A stretch of 56,331 bases of DNA, the filler included, from Blastocystis sp. subtype 4 (Eukaryota): NCBI RefSeq assembly GCF_000743755.1. It is 2 parts of 2 records of this genome, joined end to end, with 100 filler letters (N's around TTAATTAATTAA, not from the genome) between each part and the next. Parts side by side here need not be neighbours in the genome. Positions count along the whole stretch, not along the records: positions 1 to 28,164 come from NW_014569415.1; positions 28,265 to 56,331 come from NW_014569414.1. The stretch is one strand, 5' to 3'. The notes under the pieces were generated by a model. That model was not told the origin of the DNA, did not search any database, and saw only the letters and a list, made by a program, of their open reading frames with translations. Both the position numbers and the translations under genes were made by a program. Below, in pieces: positions 25,339-38,345 of this stretch; the stretch's first letter is position 1; each line of letters begins with the position of its first letter.

Positions 25339-25996
25339 CTACTCGTTCTCGTGTTCCTTCTTCCAAGCTTCCAACCACTGACTGACCCGCTCCACATTTC
25401 TCTCAAGATCCTCGTACTCATCACTTCGCAGCTCTTGTACAATCGACGTATCGTAGCTTTCACGGGCTTCATCAAGAATCACCTGCATAATCTCACACTC
25501 GACATTTTCTTGCACTTTGTTGATAGGATATCCACTACGAGTGTTTACAACTATCAAATCTTACCGATCCATCAGACGATCATAGAGCAGTGTATTGTCA
25601 CATCGTAGCACCAAAACCAAATCAAACCACCGTTCAGGAAAGAAATCAACAGTATGATGCTCTAAAACAATGCCTCCTTCGCCCATAAGTGGTTCCAAGT
25701 AATCCAAGAGCTAATGGTGAAAATGAGGAATGGAACCTACTTGATCTTCAGCATTTTCATCAACAATCATGCATTGGAACTCTTCATCCCATCCAGAGCT
25801 GAAATGCTCCCGTTTGACCTAGACAATAAACCTGCACCAAATAATGATTACTATTTCTCCAACAGTAATGCGACGCATTCCAGTCTTTTCCTACATATCG
25901 TGCCAAAGAAACAGCACATACAGCAATCATATCAGCAAACGTCGTTTTTCCTGTTCCAGGAGTTCCAGTGACAAGGATATTGGGTAGTTTGGGCAT
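25339..25996 (-). CDS. AK6: Adenylate kinase 6 / Fap7
   Basis: PNILVTGTPGTGKTT; HHTVDFFPERWFDLVLVL; KVQENVECEIMQVILDEARESY. Confidence 0.92.
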
Positions 25997-26136
25997 AATC
26001 AATGTGAGAAGCAATGAATCAAATAATTCGGCTCTCGAACCCTATTTCGGTTCCTCAAATCCGAATAATCATTTCCTTATGAAGAAACACAAATGAACAA
26101 CAACCCAGACAAAAATACGCAATGACATCCAGAAAT

Positions 26137-27530
26137 CTACTCATACAGAGATTTCATTCTATCCTTAATAGCTTCCGGATGCTCTGGCAGCAAATGACGA
26201 TACCGACAGACTTTCATTTCTTGTGTTCTTCCACACACTCCACGATTTAAGAAATCGAAACAAATCGGAGCATCTTTTGGGGCAAAAGGATTTGTTTCGT
26301 ACTCCTCGCAAGGACGAAGACCGTACTTTATAATTTCTTCTTCTGATAAAAGGTGACTTTTGAACCGATCTGCTATTGCATCAGGATGATTCGGAGACAA
26401 ATGTCGATAACGACAGTTTCCTCCTTGAAGCATTCGGTGACACCTACTCATTACTCTCTGTATCGAACTTCACTTCCCCGTATTCATATACTCAAAACAC
26501 AACCGTGCTCCAGGCTGTGCATTAGGATTATTCTCTCCTGGCGGAAGAGTTTCTACTCATAATTCTTACTACAAATAGTTACTTGAGCTTCGTATCTGCT
26601 TTCCTTCTGATTGGAAGGAGCTAGGACTACTAGGAGCTGTAGCATCTACAATCAGACTCACACCAAGGTTCTACATCTTTGACCCTGTTCTGAATGACTA
26701 TATAAAGGACTCTGATGAAGTGGAACTCGTGACAGTATCGATTCAGGTACATACGACGATGACACAGGAATCCCAGGCGTATGCTGAGGATCTTCAAACA
26801 AATAATTATACCGTTCCGAAAAGGAGAGAGGAAGAGAATGGCGAAGTCTAGAACGATCATCTACAATCGATTCCAATTCAAGGACCTACAACAAGGAACA
26901 TCAGTATCCAATCGTAACGAATAGGACCGACGATAGGAAGGATTACAGGTACTTCTGGGAAGGCCAGTCTCAGGTGGACAAATACCTCTATAATCCGATA
27001 AATGTAAATCTCTTGGTGGGGAAACGGGAGGTCGGTAAAAAGGATCATCATCGAACACCGTTAGCTTTGATTGTCTTCTAGTACTTCTGTGATATGAAGA
27101 ATCAACTAAAATATAACAAAACCAGCAAAATATTCAACCATCCACAAACGAAGAATTATCGAATAGAGCATTATTTGGCTCTTTATCATCAAAGGGTGAA
27201 TAGTACTGGTGTGCACCTATACCGTGCCATAGTTCAGAAGCAGGATGAGAACCATAATTGGGAGCTACAATAATAAGACAAAAGAGACAATACAATAGTT
27301 TGAACTAGCTTCATTTTGGTATAAACTATCTCTTCCTATCCCATAAAGAGAAAATGAATACCTCCTTACCAGCATCCGAATTCCCACTTGTTACCCTTTG
27401 GATTCTACGAAAATTATTATTTCCATCCAAAAATGAATCCAAATGCGCACTATCTTCACAAATCAGTTGTTCCTTGGTGTTCTCAGCACTACTACCACTA
27501 TTTGGAATCGGCTGACAAAAATGGGATATA
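26137..27530 (-). CDS. Protein with tandem atypical CCCH zinc fingers; start uncertain
   Basis: Two repeats, VCFEYMNTGKC..CRYRHLSPNHPDAIADR and ICFDFLNRGVC..CRYRHLLPEHPEAIKDR, after low-complexity Pro/Ser/Tyr exons. Confidence 0.6.
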
Positions 27531-28164
27531 CTCTATCTTTAAATTCAATTCATAAGCATCGAACCATTAAACCAATACAATGTGCAAGCACAACAGAAAT
27601 ACGGGCAATTACTCAATTCAGGCAGTAAAGCAAGAAGGAGAAAGCAAGATACAAACGCAGTACTTAGTATACAGATAATAGTTAAAGAATGGGAGTTAGT
27701 AATTCAAATACAAAGTGATTAAACGGATTCTTAGTTATCAAATGTAGAGTGATTTTGATCACCAGTTTTATTGGAGAAACGACTTCTTGCCCATGCCCAA
27801 ACTAATAATCAAACAAACTAATATAGTATATACAAGGAATGAAAGAAGGAGACCTCTCTAGAAAGATAGAATGGTTATTCTGTAATCCTTTAACATGGCC
27901 TAAATGTGGGAGAATACGAAATACGAAATGAAAGAAATGAAGGATAGGGTATTAATTAACGAAAGAAATGACCTCCAATTTGCCATCACCACCCATATCC
28001 AAACGCTTCGTCACAAATGTAAGGAAGATGATAAAAACAACCTTTTCGAAAGTAATATCACAGGTTAACAAACAATCACTTCTTTGTCACAAACACCTTA
28101 CTCAAAACAGAAACTCAACTCCCAAACCCAGTCTGTTGTTTCCACTCTTCAAATCCTTTCCATC

Positions 28165-28264
28165 NNNNNNNNNNNNNNNNNNNNNNNNNNNNNNNNNNNN
28201 NNNNNNNNTTAATTAATTAANNNNNNNNNNNNNNNNNNNNNNNNNNNNNNNNNNNNNNNNNNNN
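28165..28264. other. Assembly gap with synthetic six-frame stop linker
   Basis: 44 N + TTAATTAATTAA (28209-28220) + 44 N = exactly 100 nt. Confidence 0.95.
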
Positions 28265-28599
28265 TCGTCGCTTCAAGAATGGTTTCCAAGAGGGACATGA
28301 GGCTCCTGCTCATAAGTGAACTGGACAGTCGTATGGAAACAGCATTTTCTTATCTGTTTGTTTACAATTTGCTTTGTCCTTTAGGTAATGGAGGTCCAGT
28401 TTTCCTATATCTTTCTGGTGATATAGAACCAAGGTCCTGCATCACTTGAACCTCTTTAAATGTATATCCTAAATGATCTACAAGACCTCTTGAATTGGTG
28501 CATCCAGTCAGAATGTGGATTCAGCGAAGATGGTTTCTTCGTCTGAAAGAGGTCTATCAAACACTAATAATATATCTGCGTGTGAATGGAACATTTTGT

Positions 28600-31500
28600 C
28601 AACCAGATCAATGCAGCTGAACCAGTTTCTGTAAGTGAACTTCGATCATTACAAGGACAGGCGCTGGAAGATGCTCTGGGAGTATATTCCCTTCATTTAT
28701 TTCATTGTAGACTATCGAAAGAGTACAATTCGCATGCTACATCGATGAAAACAGTGATCACTTGAAACTGTTCAAATCTCTTAAACAGCTGGAAGTATTT
28801 CACTTACCTCAGAAGGAATTGGCAACAGTTCTATCGCATCTGAGGGACATCACACTCCATTGGAGGAACCATGGAATACCTGATTGGGGAATTGAAGGTC
28901 TTATCATCCGAGGTACTCCTTTCAAGTTGTTTGTGAGATAGAATGTCAAAGTTCAACCGAAATATCTAACACCCTGTGTTCTCTCTTCTCCGATAGTATC
29001 CTCAAGAATATCACAACATTCCACTGGATTACAAGACACAAAGACAAGGCATCGGAACTAGGAGACAAGAATTGGATCCGATTGTGCGATGCAATTCGGA
29101 CTGTGCCTTGTCCTCATCTTGTCAGTTTATGCATCCCCAATAACAACATTGGAGAGAAGGGATGCAAGGAGTTTGTGCGATTATGTTTTGACAACAAATG
29201 TGCTGGGATCAAAGAACTTGATTTCTCGGGGAATCGAATAGGAAATAATGGAGTTATTGAACTCTTCAGGGCCATCCAGATTGTGAACTTATCGCATCAG
29301 ATGGAGTACCTCAATATCGAAGACAATGGAATTGGATCTCGAGGGATTCGACTCTCCTACAATTATCTTAAACTCTGTGATTTCCACAATCTAATTACCC
29401 TTCGGATTGGACGTATACATGATGAGGATCTGTTCCATAGACAATGCAATAGGGAAGAAATCTCTTGAAATGTTCTGTGATGTTCTTACCTATCATCCAC
29501 TACCCAAACTACGCTGCTTCGATATGTCAGGTGAATCATCTAACCCATTATAACTAATAGATATCAAAATTGGAGATGAAGGAATGACAGGTCTTGTAGC
29601 TCTTCTTCGAAGCAGTATTACTCCTGTGTTAGAAGAACTAATCTTCCGTGGTTGTGGTCTGGGAGAGAAGGAATTGAATCATCTCAGCTATGCAATTCAA
29701 GATGGATTCTGTCCTACACTGCGGATACTTGATCTCTCTGATAATGGTATGAAGACCAAAGGAATTATCGCTATTCGACGAATGCTATGCAAAACATATC
29801 TCCCTTGTCTCGAAGTATTGGACCTTAGCGACAATCGACTTGGAGACAGTGGAATCACAGAGCTCGGAAATGCATCCGATCTGAAGTGTCTTAGTCAAAT
29901 CAAGATTCTTTATCTTTGCCGAAATCAGATCAGCGATGAAGGAGCCAGCTGCATCTACTTATATATTCGTAACAAGCTTTGGAGTAACTTAGAACAACTC
30001 TTCTTGGATGGTATAAATAACAATTCACTGATAAACAGACAATAACTTCTCCAAAATATCGCTTGTTCATTTGCGATCTCTCGTTGAAATGAGTAACCAC
30101 TTGCATTGTATCTATCTCAACGAGATGTCGAAGAAACGAGATACTCTTGTACACAGTGAACAACCCATGAATCGACTTCCCAGCAGAGTTCATTCGGATG
30201 ATAATGGAAGTAAGAATAGCTATTCCTTGTGAACGAAGATGAAATCACAGATGAGGAGTGTCTGCGAGAGATATTTGGTCCATCCACAGAAATGATCATC
30301 CCCCCTTGCACATTGAAGAGAACGTCGGACGAGAAGGATAGTTCTTGGTCCCCAGTAATCGCTAAAATGACTCCAATGTCAGATTCTATTGGCTTAGGTG
30401 TTGATAATGAAGTGTACTCTAGTCCCATTGCTTGATTGACTGTATTCCAATTATTTGTTGTTTCTTGTTCGAATTTCACCATCAATATAACAATATCTTT
30501 CCTTTTGAGCAAAGAACAGAATTATCTTCATTATGGATTCTTGTACATTGCCATTTACTCCACGATATCAGCGTAGTAGATAACAGAATAAATAATACAA
30601 AGGGACAAGTCTTTGTGAAGAGGATCTAATCCCTGATTTATATGAGGAATCCAAACTAAAATCCCGGAAGAAGATTTCTGCATTCCTAGAAAAGGAAAGC
30701 TATGTGATGATGAACGAATTCCGTTCGTATAAGGAATGTGGACTTGTAGTAGGTGTTTCTGGGTTTTGAATATAGAAGATACCTCCTTATCGAGTCTTAA
30801 TTGAGGAGAACATCTCGGTACAAGTGATCAAGTACATTTATGATCATCCAAATGTTTCAGGAAAAGATATCTTTATATATAATATTGCTATGAGTCCTTG
30901 ATGCGTACAAATCTATGATCATTTATGGAAGACTCTTCGGCTCACTCTTACGTATGTATATCGAACAAAGGATCAGAGATATATTTATTCGGAGTTAGAT
31001 AAGGTTCTTGAGTTCTACTGCAAATACTATTCTCGTTTTCCGGATTCGATCTATGGAATACTGGAGATCCATGAACCCGTCATTGCGTATCAACAAATTT
31101 CAAAATGAAAGGTAGATCATTCACAGAAGATGGGATTATAAAGTATCGACCAACTAAGAAGGAGCTTACCGAAGAGTTGATCTGTGATTGTGCAAAATTG
31201 GATGAGTTATACTATGTTTCTCAACACCTCGATCTCTTCAATCTAGACTTTTGCACTGTATTATCCCTATCATCTCCCTATCAATAGAATCTCATCGAAT
31301 CATCTCAAGAAACTGCTTGTCGTCGGTTGTCTATATACATTGCTAATGATGGTGAATCTTGGAGTTTCCTTCCTCGTACCTATAAACTATTTGAGTCGTA
31401 TTTATTGTTCATCTCACTAAAGGCTAGAAAAGGAACAGTATTTGAATTGGAATATCGTCTTCTTCTAATTCGTGCATATCTGAAACAGTATTCCTTCTTA

Positions 31501-31948
31501 TTTGTTTCTCTCTAGTTATTCACATCCAACAGAGTGGACATCCTTCCTCAATCCATATACAGGCACTGAAATCGTGTTTCCTCCCTGTTTGATCACACCA
31601 GAGACATGTAACCCAGAATTTGGAAAAGAAGGATTGATTGACACTCGGTTTGTATCTCATCTGGCTCCTAAAGAGATTTGTTTTGAAGCAATGGTGATTG
31701 ATGCAATGTGCTTCTATGAAGATAAGTGTGCTACAGATCAAGAGATTCTGTCATTCATGAAATTGAATCCTTTCTGCTTGATTGATGATGAACAGATAAT
31801 GTTAGGAGTAAGAGATTGAATCATGTTAATGAATAGACCATTCGGAATGTCTTATGGTATTTGACCTCGGTTAATCTAAACTGCTCTTTTACAATTACAT
31901 ATATTCCTTCAACACATAAATTCAAACTCACTCTTAAAGAGAATAGTT
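28600..31948 (+). CDS. RNI-like leucine-rich repeat protein with unknown C-terminal region; boundaries uncertain
   Basis: LxxLxLxxNxIG repeats (IKELDFSGNRIGNNGV, LRILDLSDNGM, LEVLDLSDNRLGDSGI, LYLCRNQISDEGA). Exons continue to an in-frame T at 31948, 4 nt before TGTTTGAT. Could be two genes. Confidence 0.6.
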
Positions 31949-31952
31949 CATA

Positions 31953-31968
31953 TGTTTGATTACAAACA
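31953..31968. terminator. Back-to-back 3'-end elements, LRR gene / acidic membrane protein
   Basis: TGTTTGAT|TACAAACA. Confidence 0.75.
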
Positions 31969-31970
31969 AC

Positions 31971-34920
31971 TCATAAATCCAAATCACCATCATCCCATCC
32001 ACCACCATTCATCTCCTCTTCTTCATCTGACATTGGTAATACTGAACTGGGTTTCACATGAACTGTTGAAGGAGTCAGTGACTTATTCAACATGGCTTGC
32101 GAACGATTACTCACATCCACTCTACAAAATCATCTCCTTCTTCCTTCCCTACTTCACATCCAAGCCAACCTCACTAAAAATATCATTTGGTTCCACTTTG
32201 GTATCAGGAGTAGGCTGCTTCTTTGGTAACGAGCGTCGCTATAATTCATTCTTTCTCCTTATTCTCACTTCCATATTCTTTTTCAGCTTCATTCCTACTC
32301 CAATCTTCGAAGTCCTAATCACCGGCTTGATTTCCACTGGTGATGCTTCTGTTGCATCTCGTGATGTCTTCCTTACTAAGGAAGACTCACTTCCAGCTAA
32401 CTTATCATTCCCTGCTCCTGTTGTCCTCATTACGGAACACATAGAACATCGATCATCAGACCCATGATTCAGATACTGACAAGCCATACATCTCCATGTC
32501 TCTTCTGCAGTGTTACTTGTGAGAGGAACAGTTGATGGGGAGGTTTCATGATCAGGAACTAAGAGAAGTTGTTTCTCTGGATCATAGACTCGGATTTGTC
32601 TATTCATGATACTCTGTCATCATTCTCACAGACCCATTTTCTGTCGTTGTGAACCTGTCTTAATAAATTGAAGAATAGCCAAGAGAACACACAATATTAC
32701 AATTAGAACCATGATCATTGTTAACAATGTGGATATGACACTTCGTTTTGTCATCACTTCTTTAGTTCCTGTATCAGCAAGAACAGAACCCAAAGGATTC
32801 GGGTTCTCTCCCTTCTTAGAATGAATTTGACAATTCACATAGTAACGACGATGTGCTGGTAAGTCTCTGAATGAGAGTTGATCATTCTTATGAACAGACA
32901 CTGTTTGACTAGCAATTTGTTGGCCCTGATCATTTCTTAAAATACAAACGGCGTCTCGGCCCATATTGGATCTTAATCGAAATGAAATGCTATCAGTAGT
33001 AGAAGATAAAGATTCAATCAGAAAGTAGGCTATTTATGAGCAACAATGAGTCAGATACATTCAAGAGTACGGGTTGTAAGCTTAACTTCTTCAAGAGACT
33101 GTTTCATTGGGATACCTTCTTTGGATTCAGCGTAACACCAGATCTGATACTCTGTGTTGGGTATGAGGTCTTTGAAGTATAATGATGCACGACGACGAAC
33201 CATTCGTTGAGATCCTGTTCGAATCAGATCAGTCGTAACATCTGAAGTAGCTTCCTTCAGTACCTTACACCAGACTCTGGATTCCATTGAAGACTTCACA
33301 TAAACTTCAAGAGAGAGAGGAGTTTGTTCAATGATTCGTGTATTGATATCAGGAGCAGGAGGAGGTTCAACAATCACTGGTAATTCAAGAGGCCCAAAAA
33401 ATATATTAGGGGATACGTAGCCAATGCAACCGACTCCTTTCACAGCTTGAAGATCAGCTGTAACCAAGTAGAGTGTATCATGCCCGTTGGTATCCTTCAG
33501 ATCTTGTCCCAACAATGTAACACGGTACATCAGACCTTCTGTTGATGGCATTTTCTCCTTATTCAGAATGACTGTACAAAACATCTTCATTGATGAAGCA
33601 GCTTTGAAAGATGGTGTGAGAGCAATACGATTTCCTATAATTCGCATGTTAACTTCCAACAATTCGAAGATTGGTTCTTCTGTAACTGACTGTTCTTGTG
33701 CTTCTTCTTCAATATTTAAGGATTCTCTATGAGGAATACCTTGGGGAGGTTTCTTTTCAGGTCGAGAAGTTATTAGAGTTTCCTTTTTCGATTCTTGGTT
33801 CTCTTCAACTAGAGTATTCTCATTTTCTGGTTTCGTTTCTTCTTCCTTATGAGGATTCTCGTTTACTGGTTGGTTCTCTTCATCATCCTCCTCTTCATCC
33901 GATGAGCTCTCTCCTTTCTCTTCTTCTTCAGCACGCTCATCGTTCATCACATGCTTCTTCTCATCTTCCTCCTCTTCATCAGGTGAACTCTCTCCTTTCT
34001 CTTCCTCTTCAGTAGCCTCATTGTTCTTCACATGCTTCTTCTCATCATCTTCCTCTTCATCCGATGAGCCCTCTCCTTTCTCTTCCTCTTCAGTACGCTC
34101 ATCTCTCTTCACAGGTTTCTCTTTATCTTCCTCCTCTTCATCAGGTGAACCCTCTCTTTTCTCTTCCTCTTCAGTAAGCTCATCGTTCTTCACATGCTTC
34201 TTTTCTTCGTCTTCATCAGTATCCTCCTTTTCAATAGATATATCCCTTTTCACAAGTATATCCTCTCCGTTCTCACTGGTCTCTTCCTTCGTCATAGGAC
34301 TGTTTTCTTCCCTTTCCTTTTCAGTTTCGCTATCATCCATCACTGGTTCTGTTTGTCTCACTTTCTTCTCCTTTCGAACAGTTCCATCTTCCCTGATTGC
34401 CTTCCGCTTCTTACGTCTGTCAGTCACAACAATGCTCTCCATTTCTCCATTCTCATCACGCTCTTCTGTCTTCTGCTTTCCATCTTCCTCTTCTGAAGAA
34501 TCCACAGTTCTATTCTTTCGAGAAGAACGATTGCCAGCTTTGATCTTCCTGACCACAGAACTGTTTTGCTCCGAAGTTTCTGTAGATTCAGACAGACCAT
34601 CTATATCATAGAAAGGAACTTAAAGTACTATCATCCCGCAGTTTGGACTTCTTATTTCGTTTCTTTGTTTTCCTCGTTCCAGTATCGATTTCCTCTTCAG
34701 AACTCAAAGAGTTCTCTTCTGAGTTCAACCTATGCTTCTTCTTTGCTTTCAACTGTCGTATTGAATATGATACATCTCTCATCTGGTCTAATTTCAAGGA
34801 ATCATCTCCAGACGATTCTAAACATCAACTCAACCAAACTAGACCCACTGTCACTCTTGGAAAAAGCAACAACTGTTGAGGGATTTATGTTATCAGTATG
34901 AACTGATGGAATTGATACAC
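31971..34920 (-). CDS. Acidic-repeat single-pass membrane protein with FN3-like region and RanBP2-type zinc finger; start uncertain
   Basis: E/K/D-rich region, LIPNTEYQIWCYA and LPAHRRYYVNC (FN3-like), TM VISTLLTMIMVLIVILCVLLAILQF, WRCMACQYLN..CSMC, ends GWDDGDLDL-TGA. Confidence 0.6.
33880..34220 (-). repeat. Coding minisatellite, 81-nt unit x about 4, with ABAB (162-nt) higher-order pattern
   Basis: 27-aa unit DEEEEDEKKHVKNDERTEEEEKGESSP/S. CCGATGAGC recurs at 33899 and 34061; CAGGTGAAC recurs at 33980 and 34142. Confidence 0.9.
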
Positions 34921-35108
34921 ATACTGCAACAAGTTGGATCAATAAGACTACGTTCTATTCATATCTTTTCTCCTACAACAGAGAAGCTTAAAATGCAAAC
35001 CAGCCTTCATCCCTGTTTATCAGTGACCATTACGAGTGAACTGAATGTAAAGTGATTCTCGTTTCTTGATAATCAATATCAAGCTTGACTATACAACAAA
35101 CAATCGAC

Positions 35109-38083
35109 TTATAGACGAAGAGAGAAAAGGTAGATTCCATTGTTTTCACATCCAATAAGAATGTTTCCACTGTTATTTTCACCAAAGTACTCTTCACGGT
35201 TTCGATTCTCTCCAGCAGATTTCTTCACTGGAAGCCAATCAATGGAATTAATCTTTGCGCCAAAATGAAGAGAAGGCAGATCTTCTTGTTGGATCGTCAA
35301 TTCATTCTCCTTAACACAGATTTGCTTGAACTACAATAAATTCGCCTCTAAAAACCCACATAAACATCACCTTTCTCTGTACCAAACGCAAGAATCGATT
35401 CATCCATGGGAGATACTGACACAGCCGTAATCGCATCATCACATTGGAATTCAGTTATCATCTATCCTTCAATCTCATATCCTCTCTTACTCGAACTGCT
35501 CCTTCTTCTGTAACTCCATAAATATGACCTGAACAGTCTCGTGAAACTGTCACAAATACAGCCATTTCTTGGGATGTTCCATCTACCTTCAATACCCGAG
35601 AATGAAGGAACACAGGAGCACATGCCCAGATCACACGTGAATGAGCTTTGGGTAGTGATGTGAATAGTTCAAATGAACGATTTGGACGCAGTCTCCATAG
35701 AAATAGAGTTCGATCCTTGCCTACAGAGAGCATGATTCGTGTGGTTCCCAGCCACGTCATGCAAGTCATAGTCACGGTACTCCTGTGACCAGAGAGATAT
35801 TGGATAAGTTGTAATCGACCATCATCTCCACTTGAAGCATTATCCCACACAGACAATACGCTGTCTTCAATCGAGCTTCCCTATCCTTCAATGTATCATT
35901 CAATCATACGATAGTTGATGTAACAAGGAGGTCCGTATCCTCATCATACATGATGGTGTGGAAATCCTGATTTGTATATCGATTGAACAGGAAGCAGGCC
36001 TCACTAAATAGCAGACCCTTGCACAATCGACTTTCATTCAATGTGTTTCCAGCGAGATTACTGACACATTGTAACACATCCATGGATACCAAATCCTCGA
36101 GATTTCCTTCGTTTGCCATCAACATCATAGCATCTCCTTCTTCATTCTCTCCTTCTCTCTCTCGAAGATCTTCACATACACAAGCTGTTCCAGTTGACGC
36201 ATCAATGTCAATACCATATTTTGCTGCTGTATTGCGGGCTTGGTCAATTGGAATACCTTTCAAACTCAATCCTAACTCAGGAGCCAAAGCTGACCAATAG
36301 TACGTATTTGGCAAATCTGTTCCTTATTCTGTCATTCCATAATTACCATCGATTTTAATTGGATGAGTTGCATGATCTGCTGTTATAACCAGAGAATTGA
36401 ATAGAAGGAGATTCAAGAACGTGGGAGTGAACACACGACATTTCTTCTCTTCATTGATTGTTACTAACCGTCCTAATTCTTCATCACTTAGCCCCACATC
36501 CGGATCCAGTGAGGTGTGGTCTTGAATCCACACAACATTCGTCACCGGATAACCGTGAACCACAGGACGGGACACTTCTTCCCAGCGGGAGGGAAAGGAC
36601 GTCTCACAACCCCAAACTCGAACTGTCCGATCACGAGACGAAGAGAGAAGGAGATGACCGTAACGAGAAAACCGAGCCTGAGAAGAAGCAGAATGGCCTG
36701 AGAAGAAGGGAGTAAGATAGAGAGATTGGAGGTGACAAAGAGAGTCTTCAGTGAAGGAGAAGGGAGTTTCAGACCATTGGAACATGGCACCTTGATAACC
36801 ATACCCAATCACTGTACGGTGATCACTAAACAGATTCCAGAATCCTCCATAGAATCCTTGGGAACCAATCAGATGAGGCTGCAGGGTGAGAATGGACGTA
36901 AACAAGCCAGATCCAGTAAGAGGATTTTCTGGAGCAAACACATGAATTGCCCCATCCATGGAGGCACTTAACAAGAGGAATGGTTGGAACCAATCTACGA
37001 GTCACATGTTTCATTGAGAAGAACGGTTATGAAGACAAATGATTGGATGAGGTTCCATTGAACTCAGTAATGTTCGACTGACCTCAAGAACCGACTCTAA
37101 TGTAATGCGACAGGCATTATTCCGAAGCATGAATGAATGAATGTGATCAACTGTCTCGACTCCATATTCAATTCTGTGAACACGACAGCGACCATCTTCG
37201 CATGCCGTAATGACGTGCCATGATATGATTTGATTCTCTTGGAACAAGTAGTGGAGACGAATGGAAGTTATCCAGTTCTCAAAACACTAGAATAATATGA
37301 TAGGAATAGAAATACAGTTAATGAGCCGATCATGGTAAGTGAATGATCTGAAACATTCAAATTGTACAAGTACAAACGATTGTCAGTTCCAGCAAGGAAA
37401 ACTAAAACATCTTGTTGATTGGAGGCAGGTTGGAGAGGTAAACAATGCATCGATGTGTAATAAATGTCTTCATTTGGTGAAAGCATGTGGAAGATCTCCT
37501 TCCACTCATCGCCATAGTGAGAACGATAATAGCAATATAGAGATCGTTTCTCTGTACTGACTAACAGAATTGACTCATGGTCACTTAATGAACCACAATA
37601 AACACATTCTAATCGTCAACCATCACAAACCGTATCTACCAATCAATTCTCCAATGTTCCACTTTTGGAAGGATGTCCAATTCCCGTTCTATGGATTATT
37701 CCCATTTTCTTCACGAACCTCATCTCGCTTCCAAGAAACAACAACACCATCACATCCACACGAGATCATTTCTTCTTGAAAGTCCATCAAGGAATGTAAA
37801 TAACCATTTTGCTGATTGGGAACTAATGTGAGACAATTGATCTCTTCTTGATGATTTTGAAGGACCTGTGTGACTTTTACTGTCTACAATTTAGTGAACG
37901 AGTTGAGAAGTACAAGGGGATTTGCTACGATGATATCTTTTCCACTCGCGTATGCAAGATAAGGAGCTTCATTGTTCTGACTATATGATAATGTAATTTC
38001 GTTAATAGTTACCGATTTGGAACGACAAAACAGCATCGTTGATGAGTACATCCTCTCGAAATGAAGGTTTGTTCCAGTTTCAT
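35109..38083 (-). CDS. ELP2: Elongator complex protein 2 (WD40)
   Basis: MKLEQTFISRGC; GTDNRLYLY; LLSASMDG; GFYGGFW; SSSRDRTVRVW..WEEVSRPVVHGY; EEKKCRVF; LSGHRSTVT..LSVGKDR; AHSRVIW. Confidence 0.88.
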
Positions 38084-38177
38084 TCTTCAGGAAGCGATAT
38101 TATGTCAGAACAAGTCTTATTGTATATGATGACCCGAAATATTTCATTTGAATAGGAGTATAAAGAAGACATAACAA

Positions 38178-38251
38178 GCACGCATAGCCTAATTGGATAA
38201 GGCGCTTGCCTACGGAGCAAGAGATTGTGGGTTCAAGTCCCACTGTGTGCT
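38178..38251 (+). tRNA. tRNA-Arg (ACG)
   Basis: Acceptor GCACGCA/TGTGTGC, anticodon arm CTTGC-CTACGGA-GCAAG, T arm GTGGG-TTCAAGT-CCCAC, then T runs. Confidence 0.95.
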
Positions 38252-38345
38252 TTTCTTTTCATTTTAGTACTCCTGACTAGATTCCAATAAGTTTATGTCA
38301 ATTATACTTATTCTTCTCACAACAAACATACCATCCATAATTACA

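Noticed and set aside
28209..28220. Palindromic TTAATTAATTAA inside the N run
   Set aside because: Symmetric 44N-12-44N layout with stops in all six frames indicates an assembly linker. Adjacency across the gap is unproven.
33880..34220. Regularly spaced repeats as a CRISPR array
   Set aside because: In-frame coding tandem repeat with no unique spacers, in a eukaryote.
34021..34611. Ser/Phe-rich plus-strand ORFs (similarly 9334-9837 and 38544-40199 antisense ORFs)
   Set aside because: Antisense mirrors of Glu/Lys-rich or codon-biased genes.
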